Source: Rhizobium sp. Q54
Lineage (GTDB): Bacteria > Pseudomonadota > Alphaproteobacteria > UBA2966 > CAIVPW01
Direction of reading: 5' to 3'
Assembly: GCA_945889645.1 (NCBI GenBank)
Contig: CAMDCA010000001.1
Location: 11,272 to 75,271, forward strand
DNA: 64,000 nt
The position numbers were made by a program, and so were the translations under genes. Below the pieces are notes generated by a model. That model was not told where the DNA came from. It did not search any database and saw only the letters and a program-made list of their open reading frames with translations. Positions 28,883 to 38,744 of this stretch are shown here, piece by piece (the first letter of the stretch is position 1; every line of letters begins with the position of its first letter).

Positions 28883-30370
28883 CTAGAGGTACCGCCGGCG
28901 CAAATGGCGTTCCAAGGCGGTCGCGTCGAACGACCGGCCCGTCGCGCGGGTCAGGATCGCGTCAGCGGACAGAAGCGAGCCGTGGGCGTGGATGTTGGTG
29001 CGCAGCCAGCCCAAGAGGCCGCTGACGTTGCCGTTGGCGAGGGCGCCGGAGAGGTCGCCCAGCTCCGTTTCGGCGGCCTCGACCATCTGCGCCGCGGCGG
29101 CGACGCCCAGGGCGTAGGATGGGAAGTAGCCGAAAGACCCAAGCATCCAGTGGATGTCCTGCAGGCAGCCTTCCGCATGATTGGCTGGACGGATGCCGAG
29201 CAGGCGCTGCATGGCGTCGCTCCACGCGCCGGGCAGGTCGGCGACCGCCAGACGGCCGTCGAACAGCGCCTCTTCAAGTTGGAAGCGCAGCAGGACGTGC
29301 AGCGGATAGGTGCACTCGTCGGCGTCGACGCGGATCATGCCGGGTTCGACGCGCTGGACGATGGCGATGAGGCGCGCGGCGTCGAGCGGTGTGCCAAGGC
29401 GGGCGCTGGCGATCGGCGCCACGGCGGTCAGGAACGCGCGGCCGCGGCCGATCTGCATCTCCCACAGCAGCGCCTGGGCCTCGTGCATCGCCGAACCGGC
29501 GGCATCACCACCCGGCTGCCAGCGCCAGCGTGCCGGCAGGCCGCGCTCGTACAACGCATGACCGGTCTCGTGGATGACGGCCAGCATGCCGGTGACGAAG
29601 TCGCCCTCGTCGGTGCGCATGGTGATGCGCACGTCGTCGCCGGTGCCGCTCATAAACGGGTGGCGGCTCTCGTCGAGGCGGCCGTGGACGAAGTCGAAGC
29701 CCATCAGGCGCATCAGGTCGGCACCCAGGCGCTGCTGCGCGGCGAGGGGCGCGGCCACGCGCATGTTGGCGGGGGGCGGACCCTGGGTGTCGAGGACCTC
29801 CCGCACGAGGCCGGGCAGGAAGCGCTCGACCTGGGCGAAGAAGTCCCGCACCGCGGCTTGGGTCAGGCCGGGGTTGTGCTCGTCGAGCAGAGCTTGATAG
29901 GGCGAGCCACCGAGAACGGCCGCTTTGGTGGCGGCGCGTTCGCGCACCAGCGCGAGGACGGCCTCCAGGTGCGGCTTAAGGGCGGCAAAGTCGCTGGCCG
30001 GCTTGGCGTCGCGCCAGGCCATCTCGCAGCGTGCCGTGGCGCGATTAACCTCCTCGACCAGGCGCGCATCGACGGCGGTGGCGTGCACGTAGCGGTGCCG
30101 CATGGCTCGCAGGTTGCCGCGCTCGGCCTCGCCGAGGTTCTTATCGTCGGCCCGCGCCAATAGATCGCCGATGTCGGGGGCGCACGTCTCGGCATGCACA
30201 ACGGTGGCGATCGCCGCCTGCTGCTCGGCGCGCGCCTCGCCGCCGCCGGACGGCATCATGGTCGCTGTGTCCCAATCGAGCAGCGCCTGCACGCCGCCGA
30301 GAAGGCCGATGCGGCGGAAGCGGGCTTCGAGGGCGGTGTATGCGGAGTGCGAGGCGGCCGGCGCAGTCAT
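28883..30370 (-). CDS. carboxypeptidase Taq-like (M32 family) metallopeptidase
   Basis: HEXXH zinc site (VIHETGHALYERG) and M32 motifs (DIHWMLGSFGYFPSYALG). Confidence 0.9.
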   Translation of the reverse strand: MTAPAASHSAYTALEARFRRIGLLGGVQALLDWDTATMMPSGGGEARAEQQAAIATVVHAETCAPDIGDLLARADDKNLGEAERGNLRAMRHRYVHATAVDARLVEEVNRATARCEMAWRDAKPASDFAALKPHLEAVLALVRERAATKAAVLGGSPYQALLDEHNPGLTQAAVRDFFAQVERFLPGLVREVLDTQGPPPANMRVAAPLAAQQRLGADLMRLMGFDFVHGRLDESRHPFMSGTGDDVRITMRTDEGDFVTGMLAVIHETGHALYERGLPARWRWQPGGDAAGSAMHEAQALLWEMQIGRGRAFLTAVAPIASARLGTPLDAARLIAIVQRVEPGMIRVDADECTYPLHVLLRFQLEEALFDGRLAVADLPGAWSDAMQRLLGIRPANHAEGCLQDIHWMLGSFGYFPSYALGVAAAAQMVEAAETELGDLSGALANGNVSGLLGWLRTNIHAHGSLLSADAILTRATGRSFDATALERHLRRRYL

Positions 30371-30384
30371 TTTCTCTCACCCTG

Positions 30385-30467
30385 CGTCATTGCGAGGAGC
30401 GCGACGACGAAGCAATCCAGCGGGCTGCAGCAGTCTGGATTGGCTCGCCGTCGGCTCGCAATGATGG
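30385..30467. repeat. REP-like palindromic element copy B (two inverted arms forming an extended hairpin)
   Basis: CGTCATTGCGAGGAGCGCGACGACGAAGCAATCCAG ... CTGGATTGGCTCGCCGTCGGCTCGCAATGATGG. It lies between the SURF1 stop and the M32 peptidase start. Confidence 0.7.
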
Positions 30468-30481
30468 CGACGGCTAAACGG

Positions 30482-31207
30482 CTAGGCGCGGAAGTCGGCG
30501 CCCTTGAGCTGTTTGCGCAGCATAAGGCCGAACATCACCACCAGCGTTCCCGCGAGCAGGAACCAAGTCAGTGCGTACGCGAGGTGGCGGTTCGGCAGGA
30601 TCGGAGGCTCGGCGATGCCGATCGGCAGGCCGCCGGGATTGGGATTCGTGTCGGCCACGACGACCAGCGGCCGGATGAACAGCGCGCTCGCGGTGCTCAT
30701 GGCGGCGTAGTCGACGCTGTACCAGATGTTCTTGGCCACATCGTTGCTTGGAGTGACCGGTCCGCGCGCGTCCATGTCGATGCGGACGAAGCCGTCCACC
30801 TCGACGGCGTTCGGGACGGCGCCTTCGGCCCGTGTGGCGATTTCCTTGTGATCGACCGGCACCCAGCCGCGGTCCACCAGAACGACCTGGCCCGGAGCGT
30901 TGTCGGTCCGCGTCATCGGCGTCAGGACCTCGAAGCCCGGCTTGCCGTCGCGCAGGCTCCACAGGTGGAACTCGTGGTTGTGGTCGAAGCGCCCGGTCAC
31001 CTTCACGCGGCGCCAAGCAAGGCTTTGCAAGTTGGAGTCGCGCGGCGTGAGTTCGACCGGCGGCTGCGAGAAGCCGAAGGCGCGCTGCGCCATGAACTCC
31101 TGCTTCTGCTCCAGCCGCTGCAACTGCCAGACGCCGAGTCCGATGAGGACGACGAGCATCGGCAGGGCGATCAGGCTCGACAGAAGCACCGACATGCCGC
31201 GACTCAT
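30482..31207 (-). CDS. SURF1 family cytochrome oxidase assembly protein
   Basis: Start at MSRGMSVLLSSLIALPMLVVLIGLGVWQLQR. C-terminal TM region (LAYALTWFLLAGTLVV). The ORF-track extension to 31549 overlaps the DUF983 gene. Confidence 0.85.
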   Translation of the reverse strand: MSRGMSVLLSSLIALPMLVVLIGLGVWQLQRLEQKQEFMAQRAFGFSQPPVELTPRDSNLQSLAWRRVKVTGRFDHNHEFHLWSLRDGKPGFEVLTPMTRTDNAPGQVVLVDRGWVPVDHKEIATRAEGAVPNAVEVDGFVRIDMDARGPVTPSNDVAKNIWYSVDYAAMSTASALFIRPLVVVADTNPNPGGLPIGIAEPPILPNRHLAYALTWFLLAGTLVVMFGLMLRKQLKGADFRA

Positions 31208-31596
31208 GGCCGAGCCCTCGGATCTGCCGGGGGTGGCGCGCCGATCTGCTCGTGGGCGTCGTAGTGGTAGGTGAGCGCGTAGAACACCGACTTGAATATC
31301 GGCATGAGCGCCAGGGTACCAAGGAGGATCGTGGGCACCCACAGGATCGCGTGCAGCCACAGCGGCGGCGCGTACTTGACCTCGGTGAACAGCGCGGCGC
31401 CCACTACGGCGAAGCCAAGAATCAGGATGATGAAGACCATCGGCGCATCGCCAGAGTCGCCCTGGCCGAGCGTGGCGCCGCATGCCGGGCACTGTTCGTG
31501 CACGACGAGGTACTTGGAAAAGAGTTTCCCCTTTCCGCAGGCCGGGCATCGAAGCGCGATGCCGGCGCGGAAAGGGGAAGGTCGCTGCAGAGCCAT
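31204..31596 (-). CDS. DUF983 domain membrane protein (zinc-ribbon CPACG...CPACG)
   Basis: MALQRPSPFRAGIALRCPACGKGKLF...CPACG, two TM helices. Its stop overlaps the SURF1 start as ATGA. Confidence 0.7.
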   Translation of the reverse strand: MALQRPSPFRAGIALRCPACGKGKLFSKYLVVHEQCPACGATLGQGDSGDAPMVFIILILGFAVVGAALFTEVKYAPPLWLHAILWVPTILLGTLALMPIFKSVFYALTYHYDAHEQIGAPPPADPRARP

Positions 31597-31634
31597 ACTG
31601 CGCGGGCGCCGAACAACGAGCGCCCGGGTACTAG

Positions 31635-32447
31635 TTACTCGCCGTGAATGGTCGCGCCGACGCTGGCCCACCAGTAGACGAAGGTGAACAGGAACAGCCA
31701 CACCACGTCGACGAAGTGCCAGTACCAGGCTGCCGCCTCGAAGCCGAAGTGGTGATCGGGCTTGAAGTGGTCCTTGTACGCACGCACCAAGCAGACGGCG
31801 AGGAAGATCGTGCCGATGATGACGTGGGCGCCGTGGAAGCCGGTCGCCATGAAGAACGTCGTGCCGTAGATGCCGCCGGTGAAGTTGAACGGAGCGTGCA
31901 GGTACTCATACGCCTGCAGCATCGTGAAGACGGCGCCGAGCAGGACCGTCAGCCACAGGCCGCGGATCAGGGTCTGCTTATCACCCGCGCGCAGGCCGTG
32001 GTGCGCCCACGTAACCGTCACGCCGGACGATAGCAGGATGATGGTGTTGACCAGCGGGATGGACCACGGGCTGAACACCTCGGTGCCCTTGGGCGGCCAC
32101 ACGCCACCCATCTCGACCGTCGGGTAGAGGGACGCGTTGAAGAAGGCCCAGAACCACGCGAAGAAGAACATCACCTCGGAGGCGATGAACAACACCATGC
32201 CGTAGCGCAGGCCGATCTGCACGACGGCGGTGTGGGCATTCTGGAACGTCGCCTCGTTGACGACCGTCTTCCACCACAGATACATGGTGTAGAGGACGAC
32301 GAGAAGGCCGAGCGGCAGCAGCCACGGCGTCCCGTCGTGCATGAAGAAGATCAGGCCGAACGCTGTGAGTCCCGCGGCAATGGAGCCGAGGATCGGCAAC
32401 GGACTCGGATCGGATAGATGGTAGGGATGATTTCCCGCTTGTGACAT
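31635..32447 (-). CDS. coxC: cytochrome c oxidase subunit III
   Basis: 270-aa protein with seven TM helices and conserved HPYHL and HHFGFEAAAWYWHFVDVVW motifs. Confidence 0.95.
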   Translation of the reverse strand: MSQAGNHPYHLSDPSPLPILGSIAAGLTAFGLIFFMHDGTPWLLPLGLLVVLYTMYLWWKTVVNEATFQNAHTAVVQIGLRYGMVLFIASEVMFFFAWFWAFFNASLYPTVEMGGVWPPKGTEVFSPWSIPLVNTIILLSSGVTVTWAHHGLRAGDKQTLIRGLWLTVLLGAVFTMLQAYEYLHAPFNFTGGIYGTTFFMATGFHGAHVIIGTIFLAVCLVRAYKDHFKPDHHFGFEAAAWYWHFVDVVWLFLFTFVYWWASVGATIHGE

Positions 32448-32486
32448 ATCGTCGGTCTCCCGCTTGGCTACTTGTTGTCCTCGTCC

Positions 32487-33113
32487 TCAGCGAACCGGCT
32501 GGGGCTCTGCTGCCCGTCCCGGTACCGCTGCCCCCGCGAGGCCGGCTTGTGGGCCGGACACCTCGTAGAACGTGTATGAAAGCGTGATGGTCCGCACGTC
32601 GGCCATGTTGCGATCCTTCAGGATCGACGGGTCGACAAAGAACGCCACGCCCATTTCTTCTGTTTGGCCCGGTGCCAGCACCTGCTCCTCGAAGCAGAAG
32701 CACTGCACCTTGCTGAAATACTTGCCTGCGGTGAGCGGCGTCACGTTGAACGCCGCCTGACCGGCGACCACGCGATCGGTCGGATTGTGCGCGACGTAGA
32801 AGGCGAGGCCTTCTTCGCCCGCCTGCACCGTCACCTGACGCTGCGAGGGATTGAACTCCCACGGCATGTGCTGCGCCACGTTGGCGTCGAAGATGATCGT
32901 GAACGTACGCCCGTCTCCGGCGGCGCCTGGCGCCGCAGCGGCGACCTGGGTGGTGCCGCCGTAGCCGGTGGCCTGGCAGAACAAGCGGTAGAGCGGGACG
33001 GCGGCAAACGACGCCCCGACCATCGCCACGGCAAGCGCGCCGACAATCGCGCCAACGACGCCGTTGCGCCGATCCAGCGACATACGCCCGCTCTGCTGCA
33101 CGTTGTTCTGCAC
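32487..33113 (-). CDS. ctaG: cytochrome c oxidase assembly protein CtaG/Cox11
   Basis: Cox11 copper-binding motif (KVQCFCFEEQ). The start is GTG at 33113 or ATG at 33083. Confidence 0.9.
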   Translation of the reverse strand: MQNNVQQSGRMSLDRRNGVVGAIVGALAVAMVGASFAAVPLYRLFCQATGYGGTTQVAAAAPGAAGDGRTFTIIFDANVAQHMPWEFNPSQRQVTVQAGEEGLAFYVAHNPTDRVVAGQAAFNVTPLTAGKYFSKVQCFCFEEQVLAPGQTEEMGVAFFVDPSILKDRNMADVRTITLSYTFYEVSGPQAGLAGAAVPGRAAEPQPVR

Positions 33114-33115
33114 GG

Positions 33116-33250
33116 TCAGTTCTGCTGTCCCAAACGAACCAGCGTCACGAGAAAGACGAGCACGACGAACGTGCCGAGGGTAAGCGCGACCACTCGGTTC
33201 TTGAGCCGGCGCCGCTTCTCTTTGCCCTCGCCGTCATGACCGACCGTCAC
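33116..33250 (-). CDS. coxF: small CoxF-like membrane protein (44 aa) between ctaB and ctaG
   Basis: The GTG at 33250 overlaps the ctaB TGA as GTGA. The translation is [44 protein letters not shown] with one TM helix. This gene is absent from the ORF track as a separate entry; it appears only as the 3' tail of the spurious ORF 33116..34126. Confidence 0.6.
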   Translation of the reverse strand: MTVGHDGEGKEKRRRLKNRVVALTLGTFVVLVFLVTLVRLGQQN

Positions 33251-34185
33251 GACGCCAAAGCCTGCGTGCCGCCTTCGACGAGAAGGAAGGCGAACAACAG
33301 AATCAGGTAGAGGATCGAAAATCCGTACAGGCGCTTCGGCCACACCGGCTCGTCGTGGCGCCAGACCTGGAAGGTCAGCCCCAGGAACGCCAGGCCAAGG
33401 AGGCCCGCGGCGATGCCGTAGAAGATGCTGGCGAGGCCGATGTACCACGGCGCCGCGCCGACGATCGCCAACAGCACGCTGTAAACCATCATCTCGTTCT
33501 TGGTGCGCGCGGGGCCCTTGACGACCGGCATCATCGGAATGCCGTTCTTGGCGTATTCCTCGCTCTTGAGCAGTGCCAGCGCCCAGAAGTGGGGCGGCGT
33601 CCACAGGAAGATGATGAGGAACAGAATCACGGCGCCAAGGTCGATCGAATGGGTCGCGGCGACCCAGCCGATCATCGGCGGGAACGCGCCGGCGGCACCG
33701 CCGATGACGATGTTCTGCGGCGTGCGGCGCTTGAGCCAGGCGGTGTAGATCACGGCGTAGAAGAAGATCGTAAAGGCGAGCAGCGCCGCGGCGGTCCAGT
33801 CGATGGCAAAGCCGAGCACGCCGACGGCGCCTGCCGACAGTCCGAGGCCCATCACCAGCGCGTCGCCGCGCGGCACGCGGCCCGACGGAATGGGCCGGTT
33901 CTTCGTGCGCTCCATGCGTGCGTCGAGGTCGGCGTCGTACCACATGTTCAACGCACCCGAGGCGCCAGCGCCCACGGCGATGCACAGGATGGCAACCAAT
34001 CCCAAGATCGGGTGGATCGAGCCGGGCGCCACGACGAGCCCGGCAACGGCGGTAAACACCACCAAGCTCATGACGCGCGGCTTGAGCAGCGCGAAATAGT
34101 CGCCCACCGAGGCGTCGCCCACCCATCCTTGGGGGGCGACGCCTGGGGCAACAGTCACTCCGGAGATCGGAGCGGTACTCATCAC
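33247..34185 (-). CDS. ctaB: protoheme IX farnesyltransferase (heme O synthase)
   Basis: UbiA-family prenyltransferase motifs ([23 protein letters not shown]). The protein is 312 aa. Confidence 0.95.
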   Translation of the reverse strand: MMSTAPISGVTVAPGVAPQGWVGDASVGDYFALLKPRVMSLVVFTAVAGLVVAPGSIHPILGLVAILCIAVGAGASGALNMWYDADLDARMERTKNRPIPSGRVPRGDALVMGLGLSAGAVGVLGFAIDWTAAALLAFTIFFYAVIYTAWLKRRTPQNIVIGGAAGAFPPMIGWVAATHSIDLGAVILFLIIFLWTPPHFWALALLKSEEYAKNGIPMMPVVKGPARTKNEMMVYSVLLAIVGAAPWYIGLASIFYGIAAGLLGLAFLGLTFQVWRHDEPVWPKRLYGFSILYLILLFAFLLVEGGTQALAS

Positions 34186-34203
34186 ACTACTAACGGATGC
34201 CGG

Positions 34204-35805
34204 TTAATGGATCTGCGGCATCGTCTCGTGGGTGTGGTGCGGAGCGGGCGAGTCGACCGTCCACTCCAGCGTGGTTGCACCCTCACCCCAGTAGTTGGCG
34301 CCGACGCGCTGGCCGCTCGTGATGGTCTTGATCGCGATGTAGACGAACAAGAGAGCCGCGGCGAAGCCAATGTAGGAGCCGATCGACGAGACGTAGTTCC
34401 AGCCCGAGAACGCGTCGGGATAGTCCGGGATGCGACGCGGCATGCCGGCCAGACCCGAGAAGTGCATCGGGAAGAACGTCAGGTTGACGCCGACCATGGT
34501 CAGCCAGAAGTGCCACTTGCCCAACGTCTCGTTGTACTGGCGGCCGCTCATCTTGCCGATCCAGTAGTACCAGCCGGCGAAGATGCCGAAGAGTGCGCCC
34601 ATCGCCATGACGTAGTGGAAGTGACCCACCACGTAGTACGTGTCGTGGAACGCGGTGGTGATTGGCGAGTTCGCCAGCACGACACCCGTCACGCCACCGA
34701 CGGTGAACATGAAGATCATGCCCACGGCCCACAGCATCGGCGTCTTGAACTCGATCGAGCCGCCCCACATGGTGGCCAGCCAGCTGAAGATCTTGACGCC
34801 GGTTGGAACCGCGATGACGAGCGTCGCAGCCAGGAAGTAGGCCTCGGTGTCGACGCTCATGCCGGCCGTATACATGTGGTGCGCCCACACGATGAAGCCG
34901 ACCGCGCCGATGGCGACCATCGCGTAGGCCATGCCGAGGTAGCCGAAGATCGGCTTCTTCGAGAACGTCGAGACGACGTGGCTGATGATGCCGAACGCCG
35001 GCAGCACGAGGACGTACACCTCGGGGTGGCCGAAGAACCAGAACAGGTGCTGGTACAGCAGCACGTCACCACCGCGCGACGCGTCGTAGAACGCCGTGCC
35101 GAAGTTGCGGTCGGTGAGCAGCATGGTGATGGCGCCCGCCAGAACCGGCAGCGACAGCAGCAGCAGGAAGGTCGTCACCAACTGCGACCAGACGAACAGC
35201 GGCATGCGGTGCAGGGTCATGCCCGGCGCGCGCATATTGAAGATCGTCGTGATGAAGTTGATCGACGAAAGGATCGACGAGGCGCCCGCGAGGTGGAGCG
35301 CCAGGATCGCCATATCGACGGACGGTCCAGGCTGACCGACGGTCGACAGCGGCGCATACACGGTCCAACCCGTGCCGGCGCCGTCGCCTACGAGCGCGGA
35401 ACCCACCAGCAGCATCGCGGACGGAATCATGAACCAGAAGCTCATGTTGTTGAGGCGCGGGAACGCCATATCCGGCGCGCCGATCATCAACGGGATCATC
35501 CAGTTGCCGAAGCCACCGATGAGCGCCGGCATAATCAGGAAGAACACCATGATCAGGCCGTGAGCCGTCGTGAAGACGTTGAACTGCTGGTAGTCGCCCT
35601 CGGCGAGAACCTGCATTCCCGGATCCTGCAACTCCATGCGGATCAGCACGGAGATCAGGCCGCCGACGATGCCAAACACCGTGGCGAAGATGAGGTACAT
35701 CGTGCCGATGTCTTTGTGGTTCGTGGAGTACGCCCACCGCTGCCAGCCCGTCGGGCCGTGATGCGCGTGTGCGTCGTCTGCGTGCGCTGCGCCTTGTGCG
35801 CTCAT
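34204..35805 (-). CDS. coxA: cytochrome c oxidase subunit I (aa3-type)
   Basis: 533-aa protein with twelve TM helices and the His ligands ([22 protein letters not shown]). Confidence 0.95.
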   Translation of the reverse strand: MSAQGAAHADDAHAHHGPTGWQRWAYSTNHKDIGTMYLIFATVFGIVGGLISVLIRMELQDPGMQVLAEGDYQQFNVFTTAHGLIMVFFLIMPALIGGFGNWMIPLMIGAPDMAFPRLNNMSFWFMIPSAMLLVGSALVGDGAGTGWTVYAPLSTVGQPGPSVDMAILALHLAGASSILSSINFITTIFNMRAPGMTLHRMPLFVWSQLVTTFLLLLSLPVLAGAITMLLTDRNFGTAFYDASRGGDVLLYQHLFWFFGHPEVYVLVLPAFGIISHVVSTFSKKPIFGYLGMAYAMVAIGAVGFIVWAHHMYTAGMSVDTEAYFLAATLVIAVPTGVKIFSWLATMWGGSIEFKTPMLWAVGMIFMFTVGGVTGVVLANSPITTAFHDTYYVVGHFHYVMAMGALFGIFAGWYYWIGKMSGRQYNETLGKWHFWLTMVGVNLTFFPMHFSGLAGMPRRIPDYPDAFSGWNYVSSIGSYIGFAAALLFVYIAIKTITSGQRVGANYWGEGATTLEWTVDSPAPHHTHETMPQIH

Positions 35806-35839
35806 GATCGTTGTCCCTCGCCCCTAAGTCTCGGTGTCG

Positions 35840-36721
35840 TTAGTTGGCGGCGAACTTGACGCCGCTCTTGGTCTCGATCTCGGCCCGCTTCTGCACAACC
35901 CACTGGTCGTAGCGTGTCTTGGACACGACCTCGACCGTGATCGGCATGAAGCCATGGCCCTGGCCACACAGCTCGGAGCACTGACCGAAGAAGGTGCCCT
36001 CGCGGATGGCGATGAACCAAGTCTCATTGGCGCGGCCCGGCACGGCGTCCTGCTTGACGCCGAACGCCGGCATTGCCCAGGCGTGAATGACGTCCTGTGC
36101 ACCGAGGAGCACGCGAACCAGCGTGTTGACCGGAACGACGACGTGGTTGTCCGTCTCAAGCAGGCGCGGTGAAGTGGGGCTCACCGGATCGCCAGGGAAG
36201 CAGTTGGCGCAGAACGCGTCGAACTTGATGCGCTCGTTGGGATACTCGTATGACCAGTTCCACTGAACGCCGGTGGCCTTGATGTCAAGCGTGCCGGCGA
36301 CGTTCACGTCGGGGTACCACTCGCGCACCTTGGCGGCGTCGGGGATGACATCCATCTTGTAGAGAAGGCGGAACGATGGGATCGCCATGATCACCAGGAT
36401 GGCGACCGGGACCACCGTCCACACCACCTCAAGAACCGTGTTGTGGGTGTTCTTGGAGGGAACCGGGTTGGCCTTCGCGTTGAAGCGCCACATAATGTAG
36501 AGCAGCAGCGCCAGCACGAACACCGAGATGGCCGTGATCAGCCAGGTCAGGAACGTGTGGAAGTTGATCACCTCCGCCATCGTCGGCGTCGCGGCATGCT
36601 GGAAATTCATCTGCCAGGGCACCGGCTGGCCATAAACTTGTGCCGATACCGGCGCAGCCATAGCCAGCATCGCGGCCAGTACGCCGACAACGGCGACTGC
36701 TGCCTTACGAACCATCATCAT
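35840..36721 (-). CDS. coxB: cytochrome c oxidase subunit II
   Basis: CuA site (HAWAMPAFGVKQDAVPGR...CSELCGQGHGFM) with a signal peptide and TM region. The start is taken at the MMMVRKAAV cluster. Confidence 0.9.
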   Translation of the reverse strand: MMMVRKAAVAVVGVLAAMLAMAAPVSAQVYGQPVPWQMNFQHAATPTMAEVINFHTFLTWLITAISVFVLALLLYIMWRFNAKANPVPSKNTHNTVLEVVWTVVPVAILVIMAIPSFRLLYKMDVIPDAAKVREWYPDVNVAGTLDIKATGVQWNWSYEYPNERIKFDAFCANCFPGDPVSPTSPRLLETDNHVVVPVNTLVRVLLGAQDVIHAWAMPAFGVKQDAVPGRANETWFIAIREGTFFGQCSELCGQGHGFMPITVEVVSKTRYDQWVVQKRAEIETKSGVKFAAN

Positions 36722-36994
36722 CAACGCCCCTCTCAAGATTGCTCCGCATCGACCGGCCAAGAATCGGCCGATTGAGCCCCTCGCCGACCGTTCTCGCGGT
36801 CCCCGCCAGGGACCTCACGAACACGTCAACACCCCACCCATAGACGCACCTTTTTTTGGGCGCTCTGCGGATTGTGACGACACTACATCAGGGTTCACAC
36901 TCCTGGCACCACTTTCCCAAATGTCGCAGCGCCGCGGGCCCGCACCGCACCCCCCCCTTGAACGCCGAAAAATTGAGGAGATTCAAAGCATTTA

Positions 36995-37021
36995 CCTTAT
37001 GCGACATAGTGTCGCATAAGG
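36995..37021. promoter_or_regulatory. inverted repeat CCTTATGCGACA-TAG-TGTCGCATAAGG in the coxB/tldD divergent intergenic region
   Basis: Read directly from the sequence. It lies about 130 bp upstream of the tldD ATG and about 270 bp upstream of the coxB start. Confidence 0.4.
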
Positions 37022-37154
37022 CCACGGCGGCGGTTGCACTGCCGGGCTGGCGGTACAACCGCGACTCTGATGCCCGGACGTGGCAACGGCGGCAGCGAAT
37101 GCCTATCTTTGTCGTCAGCATCCACCCCACCCGTAGTTCCAGGAGCCGACAAAC

Positions 37155-38639
37155 ATGGCCGACCTCGCCAAGGCCGAGGACCTGCTGTTCCGCCGCACCG
37201 GCCTCGATCAGGGCAAGGTCCAGGCCATCGTCGATGACTCGCTCAAGGGCACCGACGACGGCGAGCTGTTCCTGGAATACCGCCAGTCGGAGAGCTTCGC
37301 GTGGGACGACGGGCGCCTGAAGGCGGCGACCTTCGACACCTCCCAGGGTTTCGGTCTGCGTGCCGTGGTCGGCGAATCGACCGGCTATGCCCACGCCTCG
37401 GACATGTCCGAAGCGGCGATGAAGCGCGGGGCCGCCGCCATCAACAGCGTCAAGACCGGCCGCAGCGGCTCGTACTCCGACGCGCCGCGCGGCACCAACC
37501 GTGCCATGTACGGCGACAGCAATCCGCTCGACGAAGTCGCATTCGGCGACAAGGTGAAGCTGCTGCAGGACATCGACGCTTACGCACGCGCCAAGGATCC
37601 GCGCGTCAAACAGGTGTCGACCGGTCTGGCGGCGAGCTGGCAGGTGGTCGAGATCGTGCGCGCCGGTGGCCTGCGCGTCGCCGACATTCGCCCGCTGGTG
37701 CGCATCTCGATCTCGATCGTCGTCGAACAGGGCGACCGCCAGGAGACCGGCACCAACGGCGCCGGCGGCCGCGCCGCGTACCTGAAGTTCATCACGCCCA
37801 ACCTGTGGAAGAGCGACGTCGACGAGGCGTTGCGCCAGGCCATCGTCAACCTCGACTCCGAGCCGGCGCCCGCCGGCGAGATGGACGTCGTGCTGGGACC
37901 CGGCTGGTGCGGCGTGCTGCTGCATGAAGCGGTCGGCCACGGCCTGGAAGGCGACTTCAACCGCAAGAAGACCAGCGCGTTCTCCGGCCTGATGGGCCAG
38001 CGCGTGGCAGCCAAGGGCGTCACCGTCGTGGACGACGGCACGCTTCTGAACCAGCGCGGCGCACTGTCGGTGGACGACGAGGGCACACCGACGCAGCGCA
38101 ACGTGCTGATCGACGACGGCATCCTGGTGGGCTACATGCAGGACCGCATGAACGCGCGCCTGATGGGCCTGAAGCCGACCGGCAACGGACGGCGCCAGGA
38201 CTTCGCCTCGATGCCGATGCCGCGCATGACCAACACCTTCATGGAAGGCGGCTCACGCGACCCGGGCGAGATCCTCGAGTCCGTGAAAGACGGCATCTAC
38301 GCCACAGCGTTCGGCGGCGGCCAAGTGGACATCGTGTCGGGCAAGTTCGTGTTCAGCTGCACCGAGGCGTACCGCATCCGTAACGGCAAGGTCGGCGCGC
38401 CGATCAAGGGCGCGACGCTGATCGGCAACGGTCCCGACGTGCTGACGCGCGTCGCCGCCATCGGCAACGACTTCAAGCTCGACCCCGGCATCGGCACCTG
38501 CGGCAAGAGCGGCCAGAGCGTGCCGGTCAACCTCGGCCAGCCTACGCTGCTGATCAACGGCCTGACGGTCGGCGGCACCGCCACGGCACGCGCGGCGGCA
38601 AAGGGAATCGACGCGTCAGCCGGCGGGATGGGGCGGTAG
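37155..38639 (+). CDS. tldD: metalloprotease TldD
   Basis: 494-aa protein with the HEAVGHGLEGDF zinc motif and a PmbA_TldD fold. Confidence 0.9.
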   Translation: MADLAKAEDLLFRRTGLDQGKVQAIVDDSLKGTDDGELFLEYRQSESFAWDDGRLKAATFDTSQGFGLRAVVGESTGYAHASDMSEAAMKRGAAAINSVKTGRSGSYSDAPRGTNRAMYGDSNPLDEVAFGDKVKLLQDIDAYARAKDPRVKQVSTGLAASWQVVEIVRAGGLRVADIRPLVRISISIVVEQGDRQETGTNGAGGRAAYLKFITPNLWKSDVDEALRQAIVNLDSEPAPAGEMDVVLGPGWCGVLLHEAVGHGLEGDFNRKKTSAFSGLMGQRVAAKGVTVVDDGTLLNQRGALSVDDEGTPTQRNVLIDDGILVGYMQDRMNARLMGLKPTGNGRRQDFASMPMPRMTNTFMEGGSRDPGEILESVKDGIYATAFGGGQVDIVSGKFVFSCTEAYRIRNGKVGAPIKGATLIGNGPDVLTRVAAIGNDFKLDPGIGTCGKSGQSVPVNLGQPTLLINGLTVGGTATARAAAKGIDASAGGMGR

Positions 38640-38658
38640 CCAGCGGCGACCGCACCCC

Positions 38659-38734
38659 CTGGATTGCTTCGTCGCTGCGCTCCTCGCAATGACGACTTTT
38701 GTTTCGTCATTGCGAGCGAAGCGACGCAATCCAG
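38659..38734. repeat. REP-like palindromic element copy C (two inverted arms, loop ACTTTTGTTT)
   Basis: CTGGATTGCTTCGTCGCTGCGCTCCTCGCAATGACG ... CGTCATTGCGAGCGAAGCGACGCAATCCAG. It lies between the convergent tldD and methyltransferase genes. Confidence 0.75.
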
Positions 38735-38744
38735 CGTCCGCGAC

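Noticed and set aside
33355-35859. 834-aa plus-strand ORF, the longest in the track
   Set aside because: It lies antisense to coxA and ctaB, which have unmistakable oxidase and prenyltransferase sequences. Its translation is low-complexity R/G/A/D-rich, as expected for a GC-rich antisense frame.
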